Shown piece by piece: positions 44,001 through 50,940 of a DNA stretch of 64,000 nt; positions within the stretch are counted from its first letter, which is position 1, and each line of letters starts with the position of its first letter. A program made the translations under genes and the position numbers. The notes beneath the pieces are model-generated. The model was given only the letters and a program-made list of their open reading frames with translations, made no database searches and was not told the DNA's origin. The stretch lies in the NCBI GenBank assembly GCA_047285535.1, contig JBJBDC010000001.1:96136-160135 (forward strand), given 5' to 3'. Source of the DNA: Synechococcus sp. (GTDB lineage: Bacteria > Cyanobacteriota > Cyanobacteriia > PCC-6307 > Cyanobiaceae).

Positions 44001-47000
44001 GATGAGGAAAGCGCCAGAGATATCGAGGCTGTTGCTAGCGGAGGCGTGATCGCCATCGGCATCGGTGATGGTGTCAGTGCGTGTGATGCTGAGGACGTTG
44101 TTGTTGAAGGAGAGTTGATCGCCTGTGCCTGATTTGCTGGGGTCTGAATGTTGTAGATCCTGAGAGGAAGAGAAAGTGGCTTGGCCGGATGTTGGATCGA
44201 GAGTGATTTGAAGAGCGTTGGATCCGTTTGGGTTAGGAGAGTTTGAGTTGCCAACAAGCCCGACGACGTTGTCTCCGGATTGGAAGAGGAAGATGTGATT
44301 GCCGTTGTGATCCTGGAGTCCAGAATCAACGCCATTGTGATTTAAAGAGAAAGAGAATGCGGTTGTGAGGGAGGCATTTTGATCGACGGCATTGGAGTTT
44401 CCAGTGGAGAAATTGGAGGAGAAGTTATGGGAAGCAGCGCCATTGATGCCGCCTTGTTCAGTGACAACAAAGTCAGGAATTGTGCCTGTGGTGGCAGGTG
44501 GAGTAATGGATGGAGCGGTGTCATTGATGAGGAAAGCGCCAGAGATATCGAGGCTGTTGCTAGCGGAGGCGTGATCGCCATCGGCATCGGTGATGGTGTC
44601 AGTGCGTGTGATGCTGAGGACGTTGTTGTTGAAGGAGAGTTGATCGCCTGTGCCTGATTTGCTGGGGTCTGAATGTTGTAGATCCTGAGAGGAAGAGAAA
44701 GTGGCTTGGCCGGATGTTGGATCGAGAGTGATTTGAAGAGCGTTGGATCCGTTTGGGTTAGGAGAGTTTGAGTTGCCAACAAGCCCGACGACGTTGTCTC
44801 CGGATTGGAAGAGGAAGATGTGATTGCCGTTGTGATCCTGGAGTCCAGAATCAACGCCATTGTGATTTAAAGAGAAAGAGAATGCGGTTGTGAGGGAGGC
44901 ATTTTGATCGACGGCATTGGAGTTTCCAGTGGAGAAATTGGAGGAGAAGTTATGGGAAGCAGCGCCATTGATGCCGCCTTGTTCAGTGACAACAAAGTCA
45001 GGAATTGTGCCTGTGGTGGCAGGTGGAGTAATGGATGGAGCGGTGTCATTGATGAGGAAAGCGCCAGAGATATCGAGGCTGTTGCTAGCGGAGGCGTGAT
45101 CGCCATCGGCATCGGTGATGGTGTCAGTGCGTGTGATGCTGAGGACGTTGTTGTTGAAGGAGAGTTGATCGCCTGTGCCTGATTTGCTGGGGTCTGAATG
45201 TTGTAGATCCTGAGAGGAAGAGAAAGTGGCTTGGCCGGATGTTGGATCGAGAGTGATTTGAAGAGCGTTGGATCCGTTTGGGTTAGGAGAGTTTGAGTTG
45301 CCAACAAGCCCGACGACGTTGTCTCCGGATTGGAAGAGGAAGATGTGATTGCCGTTGTGATCCTGGAGTCCAGAATCAACGCCATTGTGATTTAAAGAGA
45401 AAGAGAATGCGGTTGTGAGGGAGGCATTTTGATCGACGGCATTGGAGTTTCCAGTGGAGAAATTGGAGGAGAAGTTATGGGAAGCAGCGCCATTGATGCC
45501 GCCTTGTTCAGTGACAACAAAGTCAGGAATTGTGCCTGTGGTGGCAGGTGGAGTAATGGATGGAGCGGTGTCATTGATGAGGAAAGCGCCAGAGATATCG
45601 AGGCTGTTGCTAGCGGAGGCGTGATCGCCATCGGCATCGGTGATGGTGTCAGTGCGTGTGATGCTGAGGACGTTGTTGTTGAAGGAGAGTTGATCGCCTG
45701 TGCCTGATTTGCTGGGGTCTGAATGTTGTAGATCCTGAGAGGAAGAGAAAGTGGCTTGGCCGGATGTTGGATCGAGAGTGATTTGAAGAGCGTTGGATCC
45801 GTTTGGGTTAGGAGAGTTTGAGTTGCCAACAAGCCCGACGACGTTGTCTCCGGATTGGAAGAGGAAGATGTGATTGCCGTTGTGATCCTGGAGTCCAGAA
45901 TCAACGCCATTGTGATTTAAAGAGAAAGAGAATGCGGTTGTGAGGGAGGCATTTTGATCGACGGCATTGGAGTTTCCAGTGGAGAAATTGGAGGAGAAGT
46001 TATGGGAAGCAGCGCCATTGATGCCGCCTTGTTCAGTGACAACAAAGTCAGGAATTGTGCCTGTGGTGGCAGGTGGAGTAATGGATGGAGCGGTGTCATT
46101 GATGAGGAAAGCGCCAGAGATATCGAGGCTGTTGCTAGCGGAGGCGTGATCGCCATCGGCATCGGTGATGGTGTCAGTGCGTGTGATGCTGAGGACGTTG
46201 TTGTTGAAGGAGAGTTGATCGCCTGTGCCTGATTTGCTGGGGTCTGAATGTTGTAGATCCTGAGAGGAAGAGAAAGTGGCTTGGCCGGATGTTGGATCGA
46301 GAGTGATTTGAAGAGCGTTGGATCCGTTTGGGTTAGGAGAGTTTGAGTTGCCAACAAGCCCGACGACGTTGTCTCCGGATTGGAAGAGGAAGATGTGATT
46401 GCCGTTGTGATCCTGGAGTCCAGAATCAACGCCATTGTGATTTAAAGAGAAAGAGAATGCGGTTGTGAGGGAGGCATTTTGATCGACGGCATTGGAGTTT
46501 CCAGTGGAGAAATTGGAGGAGAAGTTATGGGAAGCAGCGCCATTGATGCCGCCTTGTTCAGTGACAACAAAGTCAGGAATTGTGCCTGTGGTGGCAGGTG
46601 GAGTAATGGATGGAGCGGTGTCATTGATGAGGAAAGCGCCAGAGATATCGAGGCTGTTGCTAGCGGAGGCGTGATCGCCATCGGCATCGGTGATGGTGTC
46701 AGTGCGTGTGATGCTGAGGACGTTGTTGTTGAAGGAGAGTTGATCGCCTGTGCCTGATTTGCTGGGGTCTGAATGTTGTAGATCCTGAGAGGAAGAGAAA
46801 GTGGCTTGGCCGGATGTTGGATCGAGAGTGATTTGAAGAGCGTTGGATCCGTTTGGGTTAGGAGAGTTTGAGTTGCCAACAAGCCCGACGACGTTGTCTC
46901 CGGATTGGAAGAGGAAGATGTGATTGCCGTTGTGATCCTGGAGTCCAGAATCAACGCCATTGTGATTTAAAGAGAAAGAGAATGCGGTTGTGAGGGAGGC

Positions 47001-50000
47001 ATTTTGATCGACGGCATTGGAGTTTCCAGTGGAGAAATTGGAGGAGAAGTTATGGGAAGCAGCGCCATTGATGCCGCCTTGTTCAGTGACAACAAAGTCA
47101 GGAATTGTGCCTGTGGTGGCAGGTGGAGTAATGGATGGAGCGGTGTCATTGATGAGGAAAGCGCCAGAGATATCGAGGCTGTTGCTAGCGGAGGCGTGAT
47201 CGCCATCGGCATCGGTGATGGTGTCAGTGCGTGTGATGCTGAGGACGTTGTTGTTGAAGGAGAGTTGATCGCCTGTGCCTGATTTGCTGGGGTCTGAATG
47301 TTGTAGATCCTGAGAGGAAGAGAAAGTGGCTTGGCCGGATGTTGGATCGAGAGTGATTTGAAGAGCGTTGGATCCGTTTGGGTTAGGAGAGTTTGAGTTG
47401 CCAACAAGCCCGACGACGTTGTCTCCGGATTGGAAGAGGAAGATGTGATTGCCGTTGTGATCCTGGAGTCCAGAATCAACGCCATTGTGATTTAAAGAGA
47501 AAGAGAATGCGGTTGTGAGGGAGGCATTTTGATCGACGGCATTGGAGTTTCCAGTGGAGAAATTGGAGGAGAAGTTATGGGAAGCAGCGCCATTGATGCC
47601 GCCTTGTTCAGTGACAACAAAGTCAGGAATTGTGCCTGTGGTGGCAGGTGGAGTAATGGATGGAGCGGTGTCATTGATGAGGAAAGCGCCAGAGATATCG
47701 AGGCTGTTGCTAGCGGAGGCGTGATCGCCATCGGCATCGGTGATGGTGTCAGTGCGTGTGATGCTGAGGACGTTGTTGTTGAAGGAGAGTTGATCGCCTG
47801 TGCCTGATTTGCTGGGGTCTGAATGTTGTAGATCCTGAGAGGAAGAGAAAGTGGCTTGGCCGGATGTTGGATCGAGAGTGATTTGAAGAGCGTTGGATCC
47901 GTTTGGGTTAGGAGAGTTTGAGTTGCCAACAAGCCCGACGACGTTGTCTCCGGATTGGAAGAGGAAGATGTGATTGCCGTTGTGATCCTGGAGTCCAGAA
48001 TCAACGCCATTGTGATTTAAAGAGAAAGAGAATGCGGTTGTGAGGGAGGCATTTTGATCGACGGCATTGGAGTTTCCAGTGGAGAAATTGGAGGAGAAGT
48101 TATGGGAAGCAGCGCCATTGATGCCGCCTTGTTCAGTGACAACAAAGTCAGGAATTGTGCCTGTGGTGGCAGGTGGAGTAATGGATGGAGCGGTGTCATT
48201 GATGAGGAAAGCGCCAGAGATATCGAGGCTGTTGCTAGCGGAGGCGTGATCGCCATCGGCATCGGTGATGGTGTCAGTGCGTGTGATGCTGAGGACGTTG
48301 TTGTTGAAGGAGAGTTGATCGCCTGTGCCTGATTTGCTGGGGTCTGAATGTTGTAGATCCTGAGAGGAAGAGAAAGTGGCTTGGCCGGATGTTGGATCGA
48401 GAGTGATTTGAAGAGCGTTGGATCCGTTTGGGTTAGGAGAGTTTGAGTTGCCAACAAGCCCGACGACGTTGTCTCCGGATTGGAAGAGGAAGATGTGATT
48501 GCCGTTGTGATCCTGGAGTCCAGAATCAACGCCATTGTGATTTAAAGAGAAAGAGAATGCGGTTGTGAGGGAGGCATTTTGATCGACGGCATTGGAGTTT
48601 CCAGTGGAGAAATTGGAGGAGAAGTTATGGGAAGCAGCGCCATTGATGCCGCCTTGTTCAGTGACAACAAAGTCAGGAATTGTGCCTGTGGTGGCAGGTG
48701 GAGTAATGGATGGAGCGGTGTCATTGATGAGGAAAGCGCCAGAGATATCGAGGCTGTTGCTAGCGGAGGCGTGATCGCCATCGGCATCGGTGATGGTGTC
48801 AGTGCGTGTGATGCTGAGGACGTTGTTGTTGAAGGAGAGTTGATCGCCTGTGCCTGATTTGCTGGGGTCTGAATGTTGTAGATCCTGAGAGGAAGAGAAA
48901 GTGGCTTGGCCGGATGTTGGATCGAGAGTGATTTGAAGAGCGTTGGATCCGTTTGGGTTAGGAGAGTTTGAGTTGCCAACAAGCCCGACGACGTTGTCTC
49001 CGGATTGGAAGAGGAAGATGTGATTGCCGTTGTGATCCTGGAGTCCAGAATCAACGCCATTGTGATTTAAAGAGAAAGAGAATGCGGTTGTGAGGGAGGC
49101 ATTTTGATCGACGGCATTGGAGTTTCCAGTGGAGAAATTGGAGGAGAAGTTATGGGAAGCAGCGCCATTGATGCCGCCTTGTTCAGTGACAACAAAGTCA
49201 GGAATTGTGCCTGTGGTGGCAGGTGGAGTAATGGATGGAGCGTCATCATGAATTGTTAATGATGAGCCAAGATCAATTTGAGCACTTGATGTTGCACTGT
49301 CTCCATCCTTATCTGTAATTGTATCAGTACGTCTTAGCGCTAATAATCCCGGAGATAGATGTATCTCTTCATCAGTATTTGTGGGGTCTGGATGGATGAC
49401 CGCTCGTTCGCTGGTGAAAGTGATGTCTCCTGCTTGAGTTGTGCTGATCTTTAAAGCTTCTTTGCCTGTTTTTTCAAGTATTCCTGTGATATTCCCGTTT
49501 TGAGTATTGACATGCAACAGGATTCGTTCCCCAGTTTCGCTATCGATTAATCCAGAGAACACTCCATCTTTGCTGAGATTCAGCTCATAACTTGTTTTAA
49601 ATGTTCCTGATCCATCGGCGCCGAATTGATGGCTGCCGCTGAAGAGCGAGGCGAAGGATTGCGTGGAGGTGCCGCCGGCTTGCCCGATGAAGGTTTCATC
49701 GACCCCAAGGACTGGGGGATGGCCATTTGTCGTGAGCTGAAGGCTAGGGGCGTCGTCTTTGAAGTGGAACACCTGGCCGATGCCGATTGTTGCCGAAGCA
49801 CTGTCCCCACCAGCGCTCACAGCGGTGCCGGTGATTGTGATCAGGTTTGGGTTCTTGAGTGTGATGCTTTCATCTGTGTTGTTTGGATCGGGGTGAACAA
49901 TCGAGCGCAGTTGATCCAGCTCAATGTTCCCTACTTGATCCGTTGTGATGTGAAAGCCTTCCAGCCCACCAGGCGTCCGTCCGCTGATGCTTCCATCAGA

Positions 50001-50804
50001 GTTATGGAACAACAGCAGGTGTTGACCCGTGGCTTCATCCACAAGGCCACTGTCGGTGCCTGGCTGAACCACTCCGATCTTGAAGGTCATGCCACCGATG
50101 CCTTTGCCGTTCACCCCGTAGGTGGCGGAGAAGTAGGCGCCGAAGTTTGCGGTTGCATCTGTGGTGAGATCGGTTTCATCAACCGTGAGATCTTTTGGTG
50201 CCCCTGCCACGGTGATTGTGGCGCGATCAGGACTAGGCCCAGGACCTGGCTTAGGAGTCTCTCCAGGTGAATGGGGGTCGTGATTAGATTTTGGAGACCC
50301 CCCGGGGGTGTTGTGATCGGGTGTTTGTCTGCCAGAAGGACCGGGGAATGGGACATTTCCTTCTCCTCCTCCAGGCCTTTCTGCTCCGAGCACAGCAGGG
50401 CCATCAATTTGCGAATCAACTGCGAAGGGCGTTTGAAAGTCCTGGGTACCTAAGTCGCTGTCGCTTCCAATACTTCCACTACGTTCTGGATTATGCGGTA
50501 CACCTTCACTTGTAAGGGTGGGATTTTGTTGTTCGGGTAGTGCGCTACTAATCCATGGCCGATCGAGTGACGCATCGGGAAGGGAGCTGTTCCCCGATGG
50601 CGCTTGTTGTTCGTAATTTTGCCTGTTGTTGCTTGCTCCCTCGGGTAGGGATGTGAACACATCATCTCGCTGTTCGCGATCACCGTCGTGAAGATTGGCG
50701 AGATCGACGAGTCTCTTTAGTTTTTCTTCAAGAAGTTGACTTTGATCATTGTTATTCAGGATCCTAAAGGCCTCGTTTTGCGCAGCTGCGTTGTCGAGAG
50801 CCAT
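32046..50804 (-). CDS. Giant (6252 aa) repetitive surface protein or adhesin with DUF5801/T1SS-143-like repeats and a vWA domain; probable T1SS substrate
   Basis: Uninterrupted 18.76-kb ORF; about 30 repeats of ~175 aa, nearly all with a TDxDGD motif; MIDAS DYSGS...T...TDG; no signal peptide; adjacent ABC/ABC/HlyD genes. Confidence 0.9.
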   Translation of the reverse strand: MALDNAAAQNEAFRILNNNDQSQLLEEKLKRLVDLANLHDGDREQRDDVFTSLPEGASNNRQNYEQQAPSGNSSLPDASLDRPWISSALPEQQNPTLTSEGVPHNPERSGSIGSDSDLGTQDFQTPFAVDSQIDGPAVLGAERPGGGEGNVPFPGPSGRQTPDHNTPGGSPKSNHDPHSPGETPKPGPGPSPDRATITVAGAPKDLTVDETDLTTDATANFGAYFSATYGVNGKGIGGMTFKIGVVQPGTDSGLVDEATGQHLLLFHNSDGSISGRTPGGLEGFHITTDQVGNIELDQLRSIVHPDPNNTDESITLKNPNLITITGTAVSAGGDSASATIGIGQVFHFKDDAPSLQLTTNGHPPVLGVDETFIGQAGGTSTQSFASLFSGSHQFGADGSGTFKTSYELNLSKDGVFSGLIDSETGERILLHVNTQNGNITGILEKTGKEALKISTTQAGDITFTSERAVIHPDPTNTDEEIHLSPGLLALRRTDTITDKDGDSATSSAQIDLGSSLTIHDDAPSITPPATTGTIPDFVVTEQGGINGAASHNFSSNFSTGNSNAVDQNASLTTAFSFSLNHNGVDSGLQDHNGNHIFLFQSGDNVVGLVGNSNSPNPNGSNALQITLDPTSGQATFSSSQDLQHSDPSKSGTGDQLSFNNNVLSITRTDTITDADGDHASASNSLDISGAFLINDTAPSITPPATTGTIPDFVVTEQGGINGAASHNFSSNFSTGNSNAVDQNASLTTAFSFSLNHNGVDSGLQDHNGNHIFLFQSGDNVVGLVGNSNSPNPNGSNALQITLDPTSGQATFSSSQDLQHSDPSKSGTGDQLSFNNNVLSITRTDTITDADGDHASASNSLDISGAFLINDTAPSITPPATTGTIPDFVVTEQGGINGAASHNFSSNFSTGNSNAVDQNASLTTAFSFSLNHNGVDSGLQDHNGNHIFLFQSGDNVVGLVGNSNSPNPNGSNALQITLDPTSGQATFSSSQDLQHSDPSKSGTGDQLSFNNNVLSITRTDTITDADGDHASASNSLDISGAFLINDTAPSITPPATTGTIPDFVVTEQGGINGAASHNFSSNFSTGNSNAVDQNASLTTAFSFSLNHNGVDSGLQDHNGNHIFLFQSGDNVVGLVGNSNSPNPNGSNALQITLDPTSGQATFSSSQDLQHSDPSKSGTGDQLSFNNNVLSITRTDTITDADGDHASASNSLDISGAFLINDTAPSITPPATTGTIPDFVVTEQGGINGAASHNFSSNFSTGNSNAVDQNASLTTAFSFSLNHNGVDSGLQDHNGNHIFLFQSGDNVVGLVGNSNSPNPNGSNALQITLDPTSGQATFSSSQDLQHSDPSKSGTGDQLSFNNNVLSITRTDTITDADGDHASASNSLDISGAFLINDTAPSITPPATTGTIPDFVVTEQGGINGAASHNFSSNFSTGNSNAVDQNASLTTAFSFSLNHNGVDSGLQDHNGNHIFLFQSGDNVVGLVGNSNSPNPNGSNALQITLDPTSGQATFSSSQDLQHSDPSKSGTGDQLSFNNNVLSITRTDTITDADGDHASASNSLDISGAFLINDTAPSITPPATTGTIPDFVVTEQGGINGAASHNFSSNFSTGNSNAVDQNASLTTAFSFSLNHNGVDSGLQDHNGNHIFLFQSGDNVVGLVGNSNSPNPNGSNALQITLDPTSGQATFSSSQDLQHSDPSKSGTGDQLSFNNNVLSITRTDTITDADGDHASASNSLDISGAFLINDTAPSITPPATTGTIPDFVVTEQGGINGAASHNFSSNFSTGNSNAVDQNASLTTAFSFSLNHNGVDSGLQDHNGNHIFLFQSGDNVVGLVGNSNSPNPNGSNALQITLDPTSGQATFSSSQDLQHSDPSKSGTGDQLSFNNNVLSITRTDTITDADGDHASASNSLDISGAFLINDTAPSITPPATTGTIPDFVVTEQGGINGAASHNFSSNFSTGNSNAVDQNASLTTAFSFSLNHNGVDSGLQDHNGNHIFLFQSGDNVVGLVGNSNSPNPNGSNALQITLDPTSGQATFSSSQDLQHSDPSKSGTGDQLSFNNNVLSITRTDTITDADGDHASASNSLDISGAFLINDTAPSITPPATTGTIPDFVVTEQGGINGAASHNFSSNFSTGNSNAVDQNASLTTAFSFSLNHNGVDSGLQDHNGNHIFLFQSGDNVVGLVGNSNSPNPNGSNALQITLDPTSGQATFSSSQDLQHSDPSKSGTGDQLSFNNNVLSITRTDTITDADGDHASASNSLDISGAFLINDTAPSITPPATTGTIPDFVVTEQGGINGAASHNFSSNFSTGNSNAVDQNASLTTAFSFSLNHNGVDSGLQDHNGNHIFLFQSGDNVVGLVGNSNSPNPNGSNALQITLDPTSGQATFSSSQDLQHSDPSKSGTGDQLSFNNNVLSITRTDTITDADGDHASASNSLDISGAFLINDTAPSITPPATTGTIPDFVVTEQGGINGAASHNFSSNFSTGNSNAVDQNASLTTAFSFSLNHNGVDSGLQDHNGNHIFLFQSGDNVVGLVGNSNSPNPNGSNALQITLDPTSGQATFSSSQDLQHSDPSKSGTGDQLSFNNNVLSITRTDTITDADGDHASASNSLDISGAFLINDTAPSITPPATTGTIPDFVVTEQGGINGAASHNFSSNFSTGNSNAVDQNASLTTAFSFSLNHNGVDSGLQDHNGNHIFLFQSGDNVVGLVGNSNSPNPNGSNALQITLDPTSGQATFSSSQDLQHSDPSKSGTGDQLSFNNNVLSITRTDTITDADGDHASASNSLDISGAFLINDTAPSITPPATTGTIPDFVVTEQGGINGAASHNFSSNFSTGNSNAVDQNASLTTAFSFSLNHNGVDSGLQDHNGNHIFLFQSGDNVVGLVGNSNSPNPNGSNALQITLDPTSGQATFSSSQDLQHSDPSKSGTGDQLSFNNNVLSITRTDTITDADGDHASASNSLDISGAFLINDTAPSITPPATTGTIPDFVVTEQGGINGAASHNFSSNFSTGNSNAVDQNASLTTAFSFSLNHNGVDSGLQDHNGNHIFLFQSGDNVVGLVGNSNSPNPNGSNALQITLDPTSGQATFSSSQDLQHSDPSKSGTGDQLSFNNNVLSITRTDTITDADGDHASASNSLDISGAFLINDTAPSITPPATTGTIPDFVVTEQGGINGAASHNFSSNFSTGNSNAVDQNASLTTAFSFSLNHNGVDSGLQDHNGNHIFLFQSGDNVVGLVGNSNSPNPNGSNALQITLDPTSGQATFSSSQDLQHSDPSKSGTGDQLSFNNNVLSITRTDTITDADGDHASASNSLDISGAFLINDTAPSITPPATTGTIPDFVVTEQGGINGAASHNFSSNFSTGNSNAVDQNASLTTAFSFSLNHNGVDSGLQDHNGNHIFLFQSGDNVVGLVGNSNSPNPNGSNALQITLDPTSGQATFSSSQDLQHSDPSKSGTGDQLSFNNNVLSITRTDTITDADGDHASASNSLDISGAFLINDTAPSITPPATTGTIPDFVVTEQGGINGAASHNFSSNFSTGNSNAVDQNASLTTAFSFSLNHNGVDSGLQDHNGNHIFLFQSGDNVVGLVGNSNSPNPNGSNALQITLDPTSGQATFSSSQDLQHSDPSKSGTGDQLSFNNNVLSITRTDTITDADGDHASASNSLDISGAFLINDTAPSITPPATTGTIPDFVVTEQGGINGAASHNFSSNFSTGNSNAVDQNASLTTAFSFSLNHNGVDSGLQDHNGNHIFLFQSGDNVVGLVGNSNSPNPNGSNALQITLDPTSGQATFSSSQDLQHSDPSKSGTGDQLSFNNNVLSITRTDTITDADGDHASASNSLDISGAFLINDTAPSITPPATTGTIPDFVVTEQGGINGAASHNFSSNFSTGNSNAVDQNASLTTAFSFSLNHNGVDSGLQDHNGNHIFLFQSGDNVVGLVGNSNSPNPNGSNALQITLDPTSGQATFSSSQDLQHSDPSKSGTGDQLSFNNNVLSITRTDTITDADGDHASASNSLDISGAFLINDTAPSITPPATTGTIPDFVVTEQGGINGAASHNFSSNFSTGNSNAVDQNASLTTAFSFSLNHNGVDSGLQDHNGNHIFLFQSGDNVVGLVGNSNSPNPNGSNALQITLDPTSGQATFSSSQDLQHSDPSKSGTGDQLSFNNNVLSITRTDTITDADGDHASASNSLDISGAFLINDTAPSITPPATTGTIPDFVVTEQGGINGAASHNFSSNFSTGNSNAVDQNASLTTAFSFSLNHNGVDSGLQDHNGNHIFLFQSGDNVVGLVGNSNSPNPNGSNALQITLDPTSGQATFSSSQDLQHSDPSKSGTGDQLSFNNNVLSITRTDTITDADGDHASASNSLDISGAFLINDTAPSVDPSKVGTLSPLVTDDDTLNVNAATSLSSLFSSAFTPGADGTQSIAYSLDLSAQDANSGLHALNPSGGPIQGPEILLHRDSNGVIHGYPSGGKSDGSEDLFTITIDGKNNLVLDQIKPIWQDNTSSNNEQTLLTALPNTLKITASITDQDGDSASTSIDASSCIFAFQDSGPSVDPSKVGTLSPLVTDDDTLNVNAATSLSSLFSSAFTPGADGTQSIAYSLDLSAQDANSGLHALNPSGGPIQGPEILLHRDSNGVIHGYPSGGKSDGSEDLFTITIDGKNNLVLDQIKPIWQDNTSSNNEQTLLTALPNTLKITASITDQDGDSASTSIDASSGIFAFQDSGPSVDPSKVGTLSPLVTDDDTLNVNAATSLSSLFSSAFTPGADGTQSIAYSLDLSAQDANSGLHALNPSGGPIQGPEILLHRDSNGVIHGYPSGGKSDGSEDLFTITIDGKNNLVLDQIKPIWQDNTSSNNEQTLLTALPNTLKITASITDQDGDSASTSIDASSGIFAFQDSGPSVDPSKVGTLSPLVTDDDTLNVNAATSLSSLFSSAFTPGADGTQSIAYSLDLSAQDANSGLHALNPSGGPIQGPEILLHRDSNGVIHGYPSGGKSDGSEDLFTITIDGKNNLVLDQIKPIWQDNTSSNNEQTLLTALPNTLKITASITDQDGDSASTSIDASSGIFAFQDSGPSVDPSKVGTLSPLVTDDDTLNVNAATSLSSLFSSAFTPGADGTQSIAYSLDLSAQDANSGLHALNPSGGPIQGPEILLHRDSNGVIHGYPSGGKSDGSEDLFTITIDGKNNLVLDQIKPIWQDNTSSNNEQTLLTALPNTLKITASITDQDGDSASTSIDASSGIFAFQDSGPSVDPSKVGTLSPLVTDDDTLNVNAATSLSSLFSSAFTPGADGTQSIAYSLDLSAQDANSGLHALNPSGGPIQGPEILLHRDSNGVIHGYPSGGKSDGSEDLFTITIDGKNNLVLDQIKPIWQDNTSSNNEQTLLTALPNTLKITASITDQDGDSASTSIDASSGIFAFQDSGPSISMGNASVSTTQHPQTSTPPSTGTTTITTTTIFDAHQNIGLVLDYSGSMGWSNGHQDPDNANTHSKIHQQLLASAHLIKQAFENAGYKVTTSQNGLTDLNDWKLEPLAGHTPGNVHLGAAIFGASAQTQSVTIDDTNYGRPHILASINNLLHNVKISGTNHTEAWKAAQNITTSWQQSNISDQHHTPSGAEIKTDTNMVIMTDGETSKGQDMISSNSYVLTTYNEGQHQYGLNNISGWNSRNKATSELKITYTDSAGIQHEQKLTRAQIDGMINDHNNPLGTRGHGYSNSHAVRDNNGDIIGWLGFPKVIDPNINHPHHHHPNPIEANPLVFTPNEASGITITSIENNKSSGPNNEITPIMSSGFNSQGAQLSHNLDQALKTLDQQVGHETPNVIGVGIVDRTNNSIGSQLQSLFKGSLPDGSSFEQVNSHDTLDGSLSQQIQHAVQQSFQNVDVHLDFNFDPGSDDDLAATSLQNNGVVEFTLEQKSTLLGTGGHSPVQAFAATFGGNQNTSNVKDLGNGEFEIKINGLGTFTINTGNTVLSSGSHNGTIDFKADPGVSIGRNLDLTLSIKDADGDTKSVNFTLPKFNTNVTPSQTQHDEPDQNGFTADISVIANDALASAQADSDTEATLAALISLGLKTDHDDVDLSQSTQDDGSQLITRTIHTDQGDILETITDPQNGNAPSLQLDVSGLDADTQKDLQATIQAQTSSSASESKPGQLDSVLSDATQSPPAIDGHSLADAISDLQQLDADAIAALNGQDTSTNSADESSLSGDAALTPLPQDPSDVPVTSMEDAFASPQQTDDDVMAPPDLSDTSQTAAPLPDNSTQDQDLSLLNT
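34573..37683 (-). repeat. Six tandem copies of a 519-bp (173-aa) unit, repeat type B
   Basis: Shadow ORFs recur every 519 bp (34639 to 37234); one substitution seen, at 37196. Confidence 0.95.
37686..49242 (-). repeat. Twenty-two tandem copies of a 525-bp (175-aa) unit, repeat type A
   Basis: Identical shadow ORFs recur every 525 bp (38035 to 49060); no differences noticed between copies. Confidence 0.95.
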
Positions 50805-50940
50805 GGTGACTTGGAACAGACATTTTGTTTCAACATATAGACCTCCTATGAGCGATGCTCAGAATTAACAAGAATTTTCGCTAGGGGTTAATGCTGGTCT
50901 TACAGGGTGATAGCCGTCATTATTCAAATCAAGATATTTA

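Noticed and set aside
34573..49242. Repeat arrays as CRISPR or mobile-element arrays
   Set aside because: Units are 519/525 bp, in-frame coding, with no unique spacers, cas genes, terminal inverted repeats or transposase.
34352..49249. Dozens of recurring 60-180 aa ORFs in alternative frames and on the + strand
   Set aside because: Shadow frames of the giant gene's tandem repeats; they recur only because the DNA repeats.
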